Below are positions 10,953 through 20,594 of a stretch of 64,000 nucleotides of DNA, piece by piece. Within the stretch, counting starts at the first letter, position 1. Every line of letters begins with the position of its first letter. The position numbers and the translations under genes were made by a program. Origin of the DNA: Candidatus Hermodarchaeota archaeon (GTDB lineage Archaea > Asgardarchaeota > Lokiarchaeia > Sigyniarchaeales > SOKP01); assembly GCA_048885525.1 (NCBI GenBank), contig JBHLLP010000007.1, positions 1-64,000 on the forward strand. The letters are read 5' to 3'. The notes beneath the pieces are model-generated. The model was not told the DNA's origin and did not search any database. It saw only the letters and a list, made by a program, of their open reading frames with translations.

Positions 10953-11081
10953 ATGTTTCAGTTAGACATAATCCAAGAGTTATTTTCTGATCCACGTGTT
11001 TTACAATATATAATTGGGGGTATAATATTTATAATAGTAGTTATAGTTTGTTATGCAATACATAGAAAATTAACATCATAG
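10953..11081 (+). CDS. Small single-TM membrane protein (42 aa, missing from the ORF track)
   Basis: MFQLDIIQELFSDPRVLQYIIGGIIFIIVVIVCYAIHRKLTS*; purine-rich GAAAGGGAAA upstream; TM followed by basic residues. Confidence 0.6.
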   Translation: MFQLDIIQELFSDPRVLQYIIGGIIFIIVVIVCYAIHRKLTS

Positions 11082-11096
11082 AATTTGGAAATAGAA

Positions 11097-11630
11097 TTAA
11101 TAATTTTGGTTAACTTTCATTCTTTTTAATTGATGTATGATTCGTCTTATTTCGGATTGTGCTGCTAGCGCATAGGAAAAACTAGGATCTATTTCTAAGG
11201 CTTTCTCATAGTAGATCAAAGCTTCTTCATACTTTTCCATCTCTTCATATATTAAGCCTAAATTATATAAACAATACTTATAATCTGGTTTAATTTTTAA
11301 GGCAGTGTCAAAAGAAATTTTTGCCTTTTCCATTTGGTTTAAATTAAAATATGCAATGCCTAGATTATAATGGGCTCTATAATCACTTGGGCTTAAATCG
11401 GTAATTCTCTTAAACACCTGTTTTGCTTTTTCATATTCTAACGTGTAATAATCATTGAGGTGTCCTCCATAATCGAATAATGTGTTAATTAATGTATTTT
11501 TGATTTCTTCGGAATTAGGATTATCTGCATATAAACGTTCTAAGATCTCTAACGCTTCTTTATATCTTTCTTGACTCTTTAAAGTTATTGCCTCTTCAAA
11601 AATTTGATTGGTGTTATTAGAATTTTTCAT
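11097..11630 (-). CDS. Tetratricopeptide repeat protein
   Basis: TPR motifs AHYNLGIAY...A...F..AL.I.P and YNLGLIY...YEEAL..YEKALEIDP. Confidence 0.9.
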   Translation of the reverse strand: MKNSNNTNQIFEEAITLKSQERYKEALEILERLYADNPNSEEIKNTLINTLFDYGGHLNDYYTLEYEKAKQVFKRITDLSPSDYRAHYNLGIAYFNLNQMEKAKISFDTALKIKPDYKYCLYNLGLIYEEMEKYEEALIYYEKALEIDPSFSYALAAQSEIRRIIHQLKRMKVNQNY

Positions 11631-11672
11631 TGATTTTTAACATACATTTTTTAGAAAGAATTAGAATAGCAA

Positions 11673-12140
11673 TTACATTTCAGTTTCATACCAAATATAT
11701 CGAGATTTCTTTATTCCCAGCTTTAGGAAAAGACTTCTCTGAGCACTATCAGAATCGGGACAAATAAAATAAACTTTATCAATTTTTAAGGATCGCTTAA
11801 TATATAATTGTAATTCTCGGATAATCTTTTCTTCGATTCCTTTTTTAAACGAGTCTTCTTTTTTTGTTAAAACTTGATGAATTAGTACTCTATCATTTCC
11901 TAAATAATCCCTAAAAAGGGTATATGTCCCAAAACCTAAGATTTTTCCATCTTCTTTTGCTACAACCATTGAATTTCTATATTGTAGATCTAGAGCCCTT
12001 CGATTTAGTTCTTCTTCGAATTTTTCCCAATGAGAGAAGAAATAAGACTTACTTGCGATAAAATCTGTAAAAATTACTTTTAACGCTTCTTTATCTATTC
12101 TAGGGTCAAACCTATCAATAATAATCAATTTTTTCACCAA
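11673..12140 (-). CDS. GNAT-fold protein (putative acetyltransferase)
   Basis: VVAKEDGKILGF beta-strand, KKGIEEKII motif-A-like segment, SLFLKLG. Confidence 0.6.
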   Translation of the reverse strand: MVKKLIIIDRFDPRIDKEALKVIFTDFIASKSYFFSHWEKFEEELNRRALDLQYRNSMVVAKEDGKILGFGTYTLFRDYLGNDRVLIHQVLTKKEDSFKKGIEEKIIRELQLYIKRSLKIDKVYFICPDSDSAQRSLFLKLGIKKSRYIWYETEM

Positions 12141-12150
12141 TGGAAAATTC

Positions 12151-12170
12151 AGATATTTAACAAAATATCT
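12151..12170. promoter_or_regulatory. Perfect 8-bp inverted repeat in the divergent GNAT/dut intergenic region (candidate operator)
   Basis: AGATATTT-AACA-AAATATCT. Confidence 0.35.
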
Positions 12171-12224
12171 ATTCTTTAATAAAAATTATTTTTTAAAATT
12201 GAAAATAATTTAAATTGATGAATT

Positions 12225-12740
12225 ATGAACCAAAAGAATAGTGAGGAAACACTTTTAATTCCTTTAAAAAAATTAAGAAAAGACCTTATTATCCCAAAAC
12301 CGTCAAAACTTGGGGATGCGGGTATTGATGCACGGATCATGGGCTTTAAAAAAATAGTTCGTGAAAAAGATAAAAGAGAATTGATTGAAATTGAATCAGA
12401 TACATACACATTAAAATCTCTCGAAAGAATAGGGTGTCCCTTAGGATTTTCAACAGCTATCCCAGAAGGCTATTACTTTAAAGTTGTACCGAGAAGTGGT
12501 TTAGCTTTATGGGACGGATTATCTATCGTAAATTCCCCTGGTACGATAGATGCAGGATATAGAAATGAATGGATGGCTATAGTTGTTAATCTTTCTAATA
12601 AACAGGTTACGCTAAAAAAGGGAGAAAGGATTTGCCAACTTATTTTGTCTAGAATGTACAACTACACTTTTGTTGAAACAGATGACTTAACCGATTCTGA
12701 ACGTGGCTTGGGAGGTTTTGGTTCAACTGGGAAGAGTTGA
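12225..12740 (+). CDS. dut: dUTP diphosphatase
   Basis: AGID, PRSGLA, GTIDAGYR, GERICQ, RGLGGFGSTG. Confidence 0.95.
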   Translation: MNQKNSEETLLIPLKKLRKDLIIPKPSKLGDAGIDARIMGFKKIVREKDKRELIEIESDTYTLKSLERIGCPLGFSTAIPEGYYFKVVPRSGLALWDGLSIVNSPGTIDAGYRNEWMAIVVNLSNKQVTLKKGERICQLILSRMYNYTFVETDDLTDSERGLGGFGSTGKS

Positions 12741-12781
12741 ATTTTAAATAAATATAAATCTTATTCTAAAAAAAGTAAACT

Positions 12782-13003
12782 ATGACAGAATTAACAATTG
12801 AAGAGCAATTTATAATTGAAAAACTTAAAGAAAAAGGCGGTAAGTTGAATTACAAGGAATTACAAACTCTATGTGAAGATGAATTCGAAGGTGTTAGATT
12901 AATTTTAAAAAAATTAAAAGAAAAAAGAATTGTTGATTATGAAGGGATGATACCTGATTTTTCAGCCAACATTGAATTATTACAAGATAATGAGATTTCA
13001 TAA
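12782..13003 (+). CDS. Small winged-helix protein
   Basis: 73 aa; pattern IIEKLKEKGGKLNYKEL...LKKLKEKRIVDY. Confidence 0.65.
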   Translation: MTELTIEEQFIIEKLKEKGGKLNYKELQTLCEDEFEGVRLILKKLKEKRIVDYEGMIPDFSANIELLQDNEIS

Positions 13004-13072
13004 ATTTCTCATTCGTAACCCTTATGTTATTTTTTTAATTTTCTTTCATAATATTTTGGTTTAAGATAAATT

Positions 13073-14581
13073 ATGAGTGAAATTAATCCAGAATCTGTTC
13101 AAGATAATTTTATTGAAAAAATTCTAAATCCCAAGAGTATCTGTGTTTTTGGTGCAAATAATAATCTTATGACAACAATGGGTTCAATGCAACTACGAAA
13201 TATTATCGCTGGAGGTGGATTTAATGGAAATATATTTCCTGTACATCCAAAATTGGAAAAAGTTCAAGGAATTCAAGCCTATCAATCTATATTCGATATT
13301 CCAATAATACCGGATCTAGCCTTTATTATATTACCAACTAGAATTGTACCTCAAGTTATGGAAGAATGTGGTCAAAAAGGTGTAAAACATTTAATCATTA
13401 CATCGGGTGGCTTTAGAGAAAGTGGATCTGAAGGAATAGATTTATCTAAACAAATTGATGAAATAGCTAAGAAATATAATATGCGATTCATTGGTCCTAA
13501 CTGTCTTGGGGTATATAATGGGTGGTATGGTTATCCTGATAAAAAGAACGCATATTTTAACACTTTTTGGATTTATCTCCCTCATAAACGAGGAAATATT
13601 TCTATTATTAGTCAGTCTGGTACTGTTGCTGCTCAAACTGCTTTTTATACTAATGATCTAGGAATCAAAATAGGGAAATCTATATCTGTAGGTAATGAAA
13701 GAAATATCGATTTAGTAGACGTATTAAAATATTTCAAAAATGATCCTCTTACTGAAGTAATCGGACTCTACATTGAAGAAATCAAACAAGGGAGGCATTT
13801 TATTGAATTAGTAAAAGAAATTACTCCTAAGAAACCTATAGTTGCAATTTATGCTGGAGGCACAAAAGCAGCAGCAAGATCTATAATGAGTCATACAGGT
13901 TCAATTAGTGCTGATAATAAAATATATGAAGCGGTATTTAAAGAAACAGGTATAATTTCTACTAATTCCATTATGGATTTCTTATATTATCTTAGAACTT
14001 TATCACAAGCACAATCGTATAACATCTTTCCAAAAGGCAATAGAATAGGAATTATAACTGATTCTGGAGGTCCTGGTGCAATGATGACTAAAACTGCTGA
14101 ATTATATGGATTGGAGGTACCAGAATTGTCACAAGAATTACAATCAGAATTTAAGAAAGATATTCCTAAAACAGCAAGTTCAGTGAATCCTATTGACATT
14201 ACTTTTCATGAAAACTTTCTAAATATGTTCATAAAATTTCCAAAATTATTAATGAAATCTAATGAAGTTGATGCAATTATTGTATTTGGCGTTTATGATT
14301 TTGATGATATAGTGAATGTTATTGAGAAATCAGGTATGAAATTTGATGAAAACATGAACAACATGAGAAATTTATTCGAAAATCTTGTTTTAAAATCCAT
14401 AAAAAGATCAATGAAAAAGTATTCCGTCCCAGTGTTTTTTGCTGGACCATACCCTTATAGATATCCATGGATGCAAAAATTCATAGAACATGATATCCCT
14501 ATTTTTAGCATGTGGGATGATATAACTAAATGTCTTAAAGTTTTATGTCGTTATGCTGAATATCGGAACAAATTTTCGTGA
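13073..14581 (+). CDS. ADP-forming acyl-CoA synthetase alpha-type subunit (CoA-binding), paralog 1
   Basis: PKSICVFGA, GPNCLG, SQSG, phospho-His SHTGS, NPID. Confidence 0.9.
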   Translation: MSEINPESVQDNFIEKILNPKSICVFGANNNLMTTMGSMQLRNIIAGGGFNGNIFPVHPKLEKVQGIQAYQSIFDIPIIPDLAFIILPTRIVPQVMEECGQKGVKHLIITSGGFRESGSEGIDLSKQIDEIAKKYNMRFIGPNCLGVYNGWYGYPDKKNAYFNTFWIYLPHKRGNISIISQSGTVAAQTAFYTNDLGIKIGKSISVGNERNIDLVDVLKYFKNDPLTEVIGLYIEEIKQGRHFIELVKEITPKKPIVAIYAGGTKAAARSIMSHTGSISADNKIYEAVFKETGIISTNSIMDFLYYLRTLSQAQSYNIFPKGNRIGIITDSGGPGAMMTKTAELYGLEVPELSQELQSEFKKDIPKTASSVNPIDITFHENFLNMFIKFPKLLMKSNEVDAIIVFGVYDFDDIVNVIEKSGMKFDENMNNMRNLFENLVLKSIKRSMKKYSVPVFFAGPYPYRYPWMQKFIEHDIPIFSMWDDITKCLKVLCRYAEYRNKFS

Positions 14582-14688
14582 TAATTTATTTTAAACTATT
14601 TTTTTGATGATTCATCATTAAGAAGTAATTATATTCAAATTTTTATTTAAATTAACTTAAATAATCTAAAAAATAGATACTTAGTATT

Positions 14689-16200
14689 TTGACTGAAATC
14701 AATAGAAACATTACCAAGAATCATTTTCTTCATCGCTTTTTGAATCCTGAGAGTATCGCTGTTTTTGGAGCATCTAATTCCTTTTTAGATAATATGGGTG
14801 CTATGATGCTTCGAAATATTATATTTGGTGGGTTTCCAAAAGAAAAAATTTATCCAATACATCCTAAGTTGGAAAATATTCAAGGTTTAAAGTCCTATAA
14901 ATCGATATTAGATCTTTCAGAAATTCCAGATTTGGCTTTTATCATTTTGAGACCAATTCATGTTCCAAAAGTATTGGAGGAATGTGGACGAAAGGGCGTA
15001 AAACGAGTAATAATAGTATCAGGAGGATTTCGAGAATTTGGTTCTGATGGGATTCAACTTTCTAATAAAGTTCTCGATATTGCTAGAAAATATGATATCA
15101 GATTTATAGGTCCAAACTGTTTGGGAGTTTATAACGCTTATTATAATTATCCTGAATTTAAAGATAAATGTTTGAATACGATGTGGATATATGAAACTCC
15201 GGAACGAGGTAATATTTCTATCATTGCTCATTCAGGTACTGTTGCATCCCATGTATTTTGGTATTGTAATAGGATTGGAGTAAAAATAGGAAAATCGCTT
15301 TCTATTGGTAATGAAGAGAATTTAGATTTAGTTGATTTTTTAGATTATCTTAAAGATGATCCTGAGACAGAAGTGATTGGCTTATATATTGAAGAGATAA
15401 AGAAAGGAAAAGAGTTTATAAATATTGCAAAGAAAATTACCCCTAAAAAACCGATTGTTGCAATTTATGCTGGAGGAACAGAAGCAGCTTCACGTTCAAT
15501 AATGGGACATACTGGTGCCATTGCAGGAGATAATAAAATTTTTGAAGCTGTGTTTAAAGAAACAGGTATAATATCTACTGATTCAATTAAAGATTTTTTT
15601 TATTACTTAAGAGTATTTTCGCATAATATTATTCCAAGAGGCAATAGGTTGGGAATAATAACAGATTCAGGAGGATGTGGTGCGATGATGGCAAAGGTTG
15701 CTGAGAAATTAGGTCTAGCCGTCCCTGAATTCTCAAATGAATTAAAAGTTAAATTAAAACAGTATGTTCCACCTGTTGCAAATATTGATAATCCTTTAGA
15801 TTTAACTTTTCAATTCAACCAGTATAATCTCTATATCAAAATTCCTAAAACTATAATTAATTCTGATGAAGTTGATGGAATAATTATATATGCTGCATTT
15901 GGTTTTGAGGAAGTTTTAGATATTATTAAAGCCTCTGGTGGTAAAAGTTATGAAGAATTTGAAATTTCTAATGAAATGATGAAAGGGCTTTACTTGAAAC
16001 CTATTCAAAGGCTGGTAAAGAAAAAAGGAGTTCCTGTTTTTTATATTGGACCACAAGGGTATTCAAATCCATGGGTTCGACAATTTATTAATTCAAATAT
16101 TCCTATTTTTGATTTATGGGATATGCCAGTAAAATGTTTTTCAGTTTTAGCTAAATATTCCAAATATCGTAAAAAAATCAATCCTAAAATTGAACATTGA
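14689..16200 (+). CDS. ADP-forming acyl-CoA synthetase alpha-type subunit, paralog 2 (tandem duplicate)
   Basis: Same motifs (GPNCLG, GHTGA, NPLD); collinear with the upstream paralog; TTG start. Confidence 0.9.
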   Translation: MTEINRNITKNHFLHRFLNPESIAVFGASNSFLDNMGAMMLRNIIFGGFPKEKIYPIHPKLENIQGLKSYKSILDLSEIPDLAFIILRPIHVPKVLEECGRKGVKRVIIVSGGFREFGSDGIQLSNKVLDIARKYDIRFIGPNCLGVYNAYYNYPEFKDKCLNTMWIYETPERGNISIIAHSGTVASHVFWYCNRIGVKIGKSLSIGNEENLDLVDFLDYLKDDPETEVIGLYIEEIKKGKEFINIAKKITPKKPIVAIYAGGTEAASRSIMGHTGAIAGDNKIFEAVFKETGIISTDSIKDFFYYLRVFSHNIIPRGNRLGIITDSGGCGAMMAKVAEKLGLAVPEFSNELKVKLKQYVPPVANIDNPLDLTFQFNQYNLYIKIPKTIINSDEVDGIIIYAAFGFEEVLDIIKASGGKSYEEFEISNEMMKGLYLKPIQRLVKKKGVPVFYIGPQGYSNPWVRQFINSNIPIFDLWDMPVKCFSVLAKYSKYRKKINPKIEH

Positions 16201-16306
16201 AAATTTAATTAGTTAAATTTCAACTTATTTCACTAATTATATATATGTTTTATATCTATAATTATTAGATGTAAGTAAATTAAATAATAATAGAGAGGTT
16301 TTCTAT

Positions 16307-17305
16307 TTGTCAATATTATTTTTTAACCCTCCCTCAGCGATTCTAGCCTCTGGATCTAAATTAGGTGTCGAATTAGGTGGTAGTAAAACCATTTTAAGCT
16401 TTGATTCACACCATAATTTATATTCTGAGAGCACAATTTTTAGTGAATTTAGCTGGGGTGCGTTTTATCAAGAAGAGGGGTTAACTGATCAAATAGATAC
16501 ATTTACCACGAAAGAATATGATTCTATTCGAGAAGATCCTGAGGCTTTAATAACAACGATTGCAGAAACTATTTATAATATTATTAATAATGAAAAGTTA
16601 TTCTATGGAATAGCAGATTTTGAAGTAGATGCGTTTCTTAATCAAAATACCGTGATTCCTGGGTTGAAATTAGATTACGAGATTATAAATAAACTTTTAG
16701 AAGCCCATAAAAGAACTCGAGATAAAGAATTATTTCCCAAAATTCTATCAGATTCAAAAAATATAAAAAAAATTAATATTGAAATTCAAGGAACCAAAAA
16801 ATACAAACTTCATATAATGGGAACTAAGTTGGAGGATTTAGCTGACACTTTGAGAATGGCTAAAGGTTTTGCAACAGGAATCGTCTGTACATCTCGAGGT
16901 GCCGCTAATCTTTACATTTTAAGTGATAACATTGTATATAAGGAAGATGAAATTCCAGAACTTTACATTGACCAAGAAAATTTAGCTATTATTGAAATGG
17001 GCATTCAGCGGGAACTTTTATTTCCAATAAGTTGGTTCAGAATTGATTTAGGGATTAGATCTTTAGAAACTTTAGAACTTTGGAACGAAATTGAAGAAGA
17101 TCCTAGGTTAATGAAAGCTTTTGATCGATATGAGAAATATGTTACAAGTCTAGTATATAATAAGTATCGAGACATGGCCTCTTCAGAAAAAATTGGTTCT
17201 GACTCGGAAGATGACTTCTATCAGATGACTTCTAAAGAAAGAAGAAAAGCACTCAAAGACATGGCTCAAGCAATAAGAAAATTAACTGAAGAATATAAAA
17301 AATAG
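16307..17305 (+). CDS. Hypothetical protein
   Basis: 332-aa ORF, TTG start after GAGAGG; no motif recognised. Confidence 0.75.
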   Translation: MSILFFNPPSAILASGSKLGVELGGSKTILSFDSHHNLYSESTIFSEFSWGAFYQEEGLTDQIDTFTTKEYDSIREDPEALITTIAETIYNIINNEKLFYGIADFEVDAFLNQNTVIPGLKLDYEIINKLLEAHKRTRDKELFPKILSDSKNIKKINIEIQGTKKYKLHIMGTKLEDLADTLRMAKGFATGIVCTSRGAANLYILSDNIVYKEDEIPELYIDQENLAIIEMGIQRELLFPISWFRIDLGIRSLETLELWNEIEEDPRLMKAFDRYEKYVTSLVYNKYRDMASSEKIGSDSEDDFYQMTSKERRKALKDMAQAIRKLTEEYKK

Positions 17306-17319
17306 ACCCTTTTTTTTCT

Positions 17320-17485
17320 TTTAGAATCCTTGGTGCCTTAAAGAATCTTCATTTAATATGAACTAAATTAGAAGACCTAGCTGATATTTTAAAAATGGCT
17401 AAAGCTTTTGCTACGGGTATTGTCTACTGCATATCTATATATTATGAGTGATAACATCATTTTTCATGATCATATACTACCAGAT
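17320..17485 (+). pseudogene. Degenerate fragment of a diverged copy of the 16307-17305 gene
   Basis: KNLHLI*TKLEDLADILKMAKAFATGIV...LYIMSDNII versus KLHIMGTKLEDLADTLRMAKGFATGIV...LYILSDNIV at about 16800-16935; contains a stop and a deletion. Confidence 0.8.
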
Positions 17486-18191
17486 CAACATCAAACGATT
17501 TCGAAGGTTTTGATTCATCTATTGGGGTATTACACACCCAACAAGCATTTTCTAAATTAGCTAATGCTTGACTACAATTCATACAGTAGAAAATTTCACA
17601 TTTCGGACAGATATATGTGAACTTTAAAATATCTTTTTTACACACCAAGCAAATTTTCTTTTCTTTATGAAAAATAATCTCTTCTTCAGTAATTCGGTCA
17701 GGTCTAGTATATAAATAAAATGATGAGTATGCTACCGCATTCCGATATTTCTTATCTTTTGCAAAATCGTACGATACCATTCGTTCAGGTGTTACAGTAA
17801 TTTGTGCCACATCTGTTAACGTTCTAAAGCCTGTCGATGTTTTCTCTGCTTCTTCTTTAGACATATATTTCTCAAGGAATTCTCTCCCTTCTGGCGTTTC
17901 TTTTCTCCCTTTTATTTCTACTTCTGCTGTACCATAGATTATAACTCCTTTGGAAGGCGTTTGTTCTCTATCAAGAAGCAATGTTACTCTATTGTCTCTC
18001 ATAAGATTTCTAGTTTTAAGACTTTTTTCTGGAGTAAAAATAAAGAAATGTCCTTTTTTGTAATTGAACCAAAGCGGAACAGCATGGATAGTACCGTCTT
18101 TATTATGGGTACAAATTCTTATTATCTTCGCGGAACTTAGATAATCCTCTATTTCCTCCTTAGTTAGGGGAGGAGATTGTGTATACGACAT
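17457..18191 (-). CDS. Pyridoxamine 5'-phosphate oxidase-like (split-barrel flavin/F420-binding) protein fused to a C-terminal C4C4 zinc finger
   Basis: THNKDGTIHAVPLWF, KTRNLMRDNRVTL; C-terminal CLVC...CPKC...CMNC...CWVC. Confidence 0.85.
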   Translation of the reverse strand: MSYTQSPPLTKEEIEDYLSSAKIIRICTHNKDGTIHAVPLWFNYKKGHFFIFTPEKSLKTRNLMRDNRVTLLLDREQTPSKGVIIYGTAEVEIKGRKETPEGREFLEKYMSKEEAEKTSTGFRTLTDVAQITVTPERMVSYDFAKDKKYRNAVAYSSFYLYTRPDRITEEEIIFHKEKKICLVCKKDILKFTYICPKCEIFYCMNCSQALANLENACWVCNTPIDESKPSKSFDVDLVVYDHEK

Positions 18192-18332
18192 TTAAATCAC
18201 TTCCTAAATATGTTAAGAAAGCTAGTTATTAAAATTAAATTTCGCTTATTTTGAAATTACATTTACTAAATAAATAGATTATATTTAATCTAATAAATAT
18301 TATAGAACTAATGAATATAAAGAATAGAATTG

Positions 18333-18641
18333 CTATTTTTCTTTTAAAATTCTTGGAGCTTTAAAATATCCATCTTTTTTATGTTTTGCATTTTTTAATG
18401 CATCTTCAGTAGAAAGTGATTCCCAGGGCTCATCTTCCCGAAAAACGTTTTTTAATCCATCTATTGGATGGGTCATTGGATTAACATTACTCGTATCTAA
18501 ATTATCCAATTTTTTGAAGTAATTAAGAATATTGCCTGCTTCCTTTGCAAGCTTTACTTTTTCTTCCTCAGATAAATCTAATAAAGCTAATTTTGAGATG
18601 TGGTTTATCTTTTCTTTAGATAACTCTTCGTTTTGATTCAT
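18333..18641 (-). CDS. gatC: Asp/Glu-tRNA amidotransferase subunit C
   Basis: HISKLALL, NVFRED, ALKNA...DGYFKAPRI. Confidence 0.93.
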   Translation of the reverse strand: MNQNEELSKEKINHISKLALLDLSEEEKVKLAKEAGNILNYFKKLDNLDTSNVNPMTHPIDGLKNVFREDEPWESLSTEDALKNAKHKKDGYFKAPRILKEK

Positions 18642-18785
18642 AACTTAAATCATCTAAATATAATAATATATAGTAATTAAGCTTAATCCATGAATTGTAA
18701 GTTTTAGTATCAAGTGTATTTAGTTTAGAATTATAACGTGTAAAAATACCAAAAAAAAGATTTAAATATTCAATAATCATTATAT

Positions 18786-18812
18786 CAGTTACTGGTAGTC
18801 CAGTTACTGGTA
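18786..18812. promoter_or_regulatory. Tandem palindromic 12-mers upstream of the PadR gene (candidate operator)
   Basis: CAGTTACTGGTA at 18786-18797 and 18801-18812; core (C)CAGT-T-ACTG(G) is self-complementary. Confidence 0.55.
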
Positions 18813-18877
18813 TTTTAATACCTAGATATGTTTCGTATTAATAATAGAATTATTTACTATTTAAAGACCCGCTAATT

Positions 18878-19462
18878 ATGGTTGAAGACTATAATAAGAA
18901 CTTTGAAAAAGTAATGAAAAAGAATTTTACTAATATTTTCATTCTTTCTATTCTTGAAAGGGGACCTTCTCATGGATATAAAATAGGGAATGAAATTGAA
19001 AAACGTACTTTAGGAATGTGGAATCCATCTGCATCAACTCTATATTGGATCTTAAATAACCTAAGGGAAAAAGGGTTCATCAAAATTCTTAAAGAAGATA
19101 AAAATAAGAAAGTATATGAGATTTCAGACACAGGTAAAGAAGCATTAAGATTAATGAAATTAACTCAACGAAATATAAGAAATACATATCGTCGGTTCTT
19201 AGCAGCATCAATAGATCAAGGAACCACAATTGATTCAGAGGATCTCGAACGTTTTGATGATATTCCTTCAATTCAAGTTTTACCGATGGCTTTAAAACCT
19301 GAAAGATTTAAAGGTAATTTAACTCCTAGGGAAAGAATCCAACTTCTTGAAGCCAAAAAAATAGCATTTATAGAAACTAGAGATCGAATGAATGAGTACA
19401 TAAAAGATTTTGACAAAACTATTTTAAAAATTAGAAAGGAAATGGATGAAAAAGAAAAATAA
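18878..19462 (+). CDS. PadR family transcriptional regulator
   Basis: ILSILERGPSHGYKI, PSASTLY..L..L...G.I, KKVYEISDTG. Confidence 0.9.
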   Translation: MVEDYNKNFEKVMKKNFTNIFILSILERGPSHGYKIGNEIEKRTLGMWNPSASTLYWILNNLREKGFIKILKEDKNKKVYEISDTGKEALRLMKLTQRNIRNTYRRFLAASIDQGTTIDSEDLERFDDIPSIQVLPMALKPERFKGNLTPRERIQLLEAKKIAFIETRDRMNEYIKDFDKTILKIRKEMDEKEK

Positions 19463-19523
19463 TCTCTATCAGGGAAATTTTGAGAAATTAGAAAATAATG
19501 ATTCAAAACGAGTTTATATAAAA

Positions 19524-20498
19524 ATGAGTGGTGAACAAAATAAAAAAAGAATAAATTTTCTTACGTTTCTTATATCTTATAAATGCACTAATGAGTGTAA
19601 GCATTGTGCCATTCCAGGTTCTCCAAATCAAGACAACATTTTAATGGAATTAGCTGATGTAAAAAGATATTTGGAAGATGTTACAGCTAATTATATAGTT
19701 AATGAAGTTGGCTTTTTTGGAGGAGAACCTCTACTTCATCTTGATTTACTAATTAGCCTTATTAAAGAAGTAAAAACGTATGATATATCAAAGATAGGGC
19801 TACCTACTAATGGATATTGGGGAAAAGATTTTTCGATTGCCAAAAAATATGCCCAAAAGTTAAAAGAAGCGGGTTTAAATACCCTTGGTTTTAGTGTTGA
19901 CACATTTCATCAAGAATTTGTTCCTATTGAAGTAGTGAAACGAGCAATAAAAGCTGCTCATGAAGCTGGAATTGAAAATATATATTCAATAACTCAAAAT
20001 CTGGGATCTGAAAATATAAATAATCCTTTTGATGAACAGAATAAAAAACTCACTGAAGTAATTTCTAAAGAGTTTGAATTTTGTCAAATAATAAACAGTG
20101 TTTTACAAGTAAAAGGTCGAGCAGTAAAAAATCTTGCTAAATATTACACAATAAATACAATCCCCTCAGATAAGTGTCTCATTTTTAAAGTTCCGATGTT
20201 TATGATCGATCCTTATGGATGGGTTTTTCATCAATTATGTCATGGGATTTGTATAGGGAATGCTAAGCAAAATTTTTTATCTGATATAATAAGGGATTTT
20301 AATTATAGAAAACATCCAATAATAGGTAAGGTAGTTGCTAAAGGAGGACCTCAAAATCTTCTTGAAATTGCGATTGAAAAAGGTTATAAACCTTTAGAAG
20401 GATATGCAGATAAATGTCACCTATGCTTTTCTGCGAGGAATTTTCTCCGACCTTTCTATCCAAATATTCTTGAACCTCCTAATTTATATTCTTCGTAG
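19524..20498 (+). CDS. Radical SAM protein with C-terminal Cys-containing (SPASM/twitch-like) region
   Basis: CTNECKHC, GGEP, TNG; later C...C...CHLC. The ATG at 19524 is preferred over 19446, which overlaps padR. Confidence 0.9.
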   Translation: MSGEQNKKRINFLTFLISYKCTNECKHCAIPGSPNQDNILMELADVKRYLEDVTANYIVNEVGFFGGEPLLHLDLLISLIKEVKTYDISKIGLPTNGYWGKDFSIAKKYAQKLKEAGLNTLGFSVDTFHQEFVPIEVVKRAIKAAHEAGIENIYSITQNLGSENINNPFDEQNKKLTEVISKEFEFCQIINSVLQVKGRAVKNLAKYYTINTIPSDKCLIFKVPMFMIDPYGWVFHQLCHGICIGNAKQNFLSDIIRDFNYRKHPIIGKVVAKGGPQNLLEIAIEKGYKPLEGYADKCHLCFSARNFLRPFYPNILEPPNLYSS

Positions 20499-20594
20499 AT
20501 ACGAGAAAGAGATAGAACTTTCATCAAGGGAATTTCAACTAAATTTTTAAAAAATAATAATAAGAATTAATTGATATCATATCTTTAATTAACT

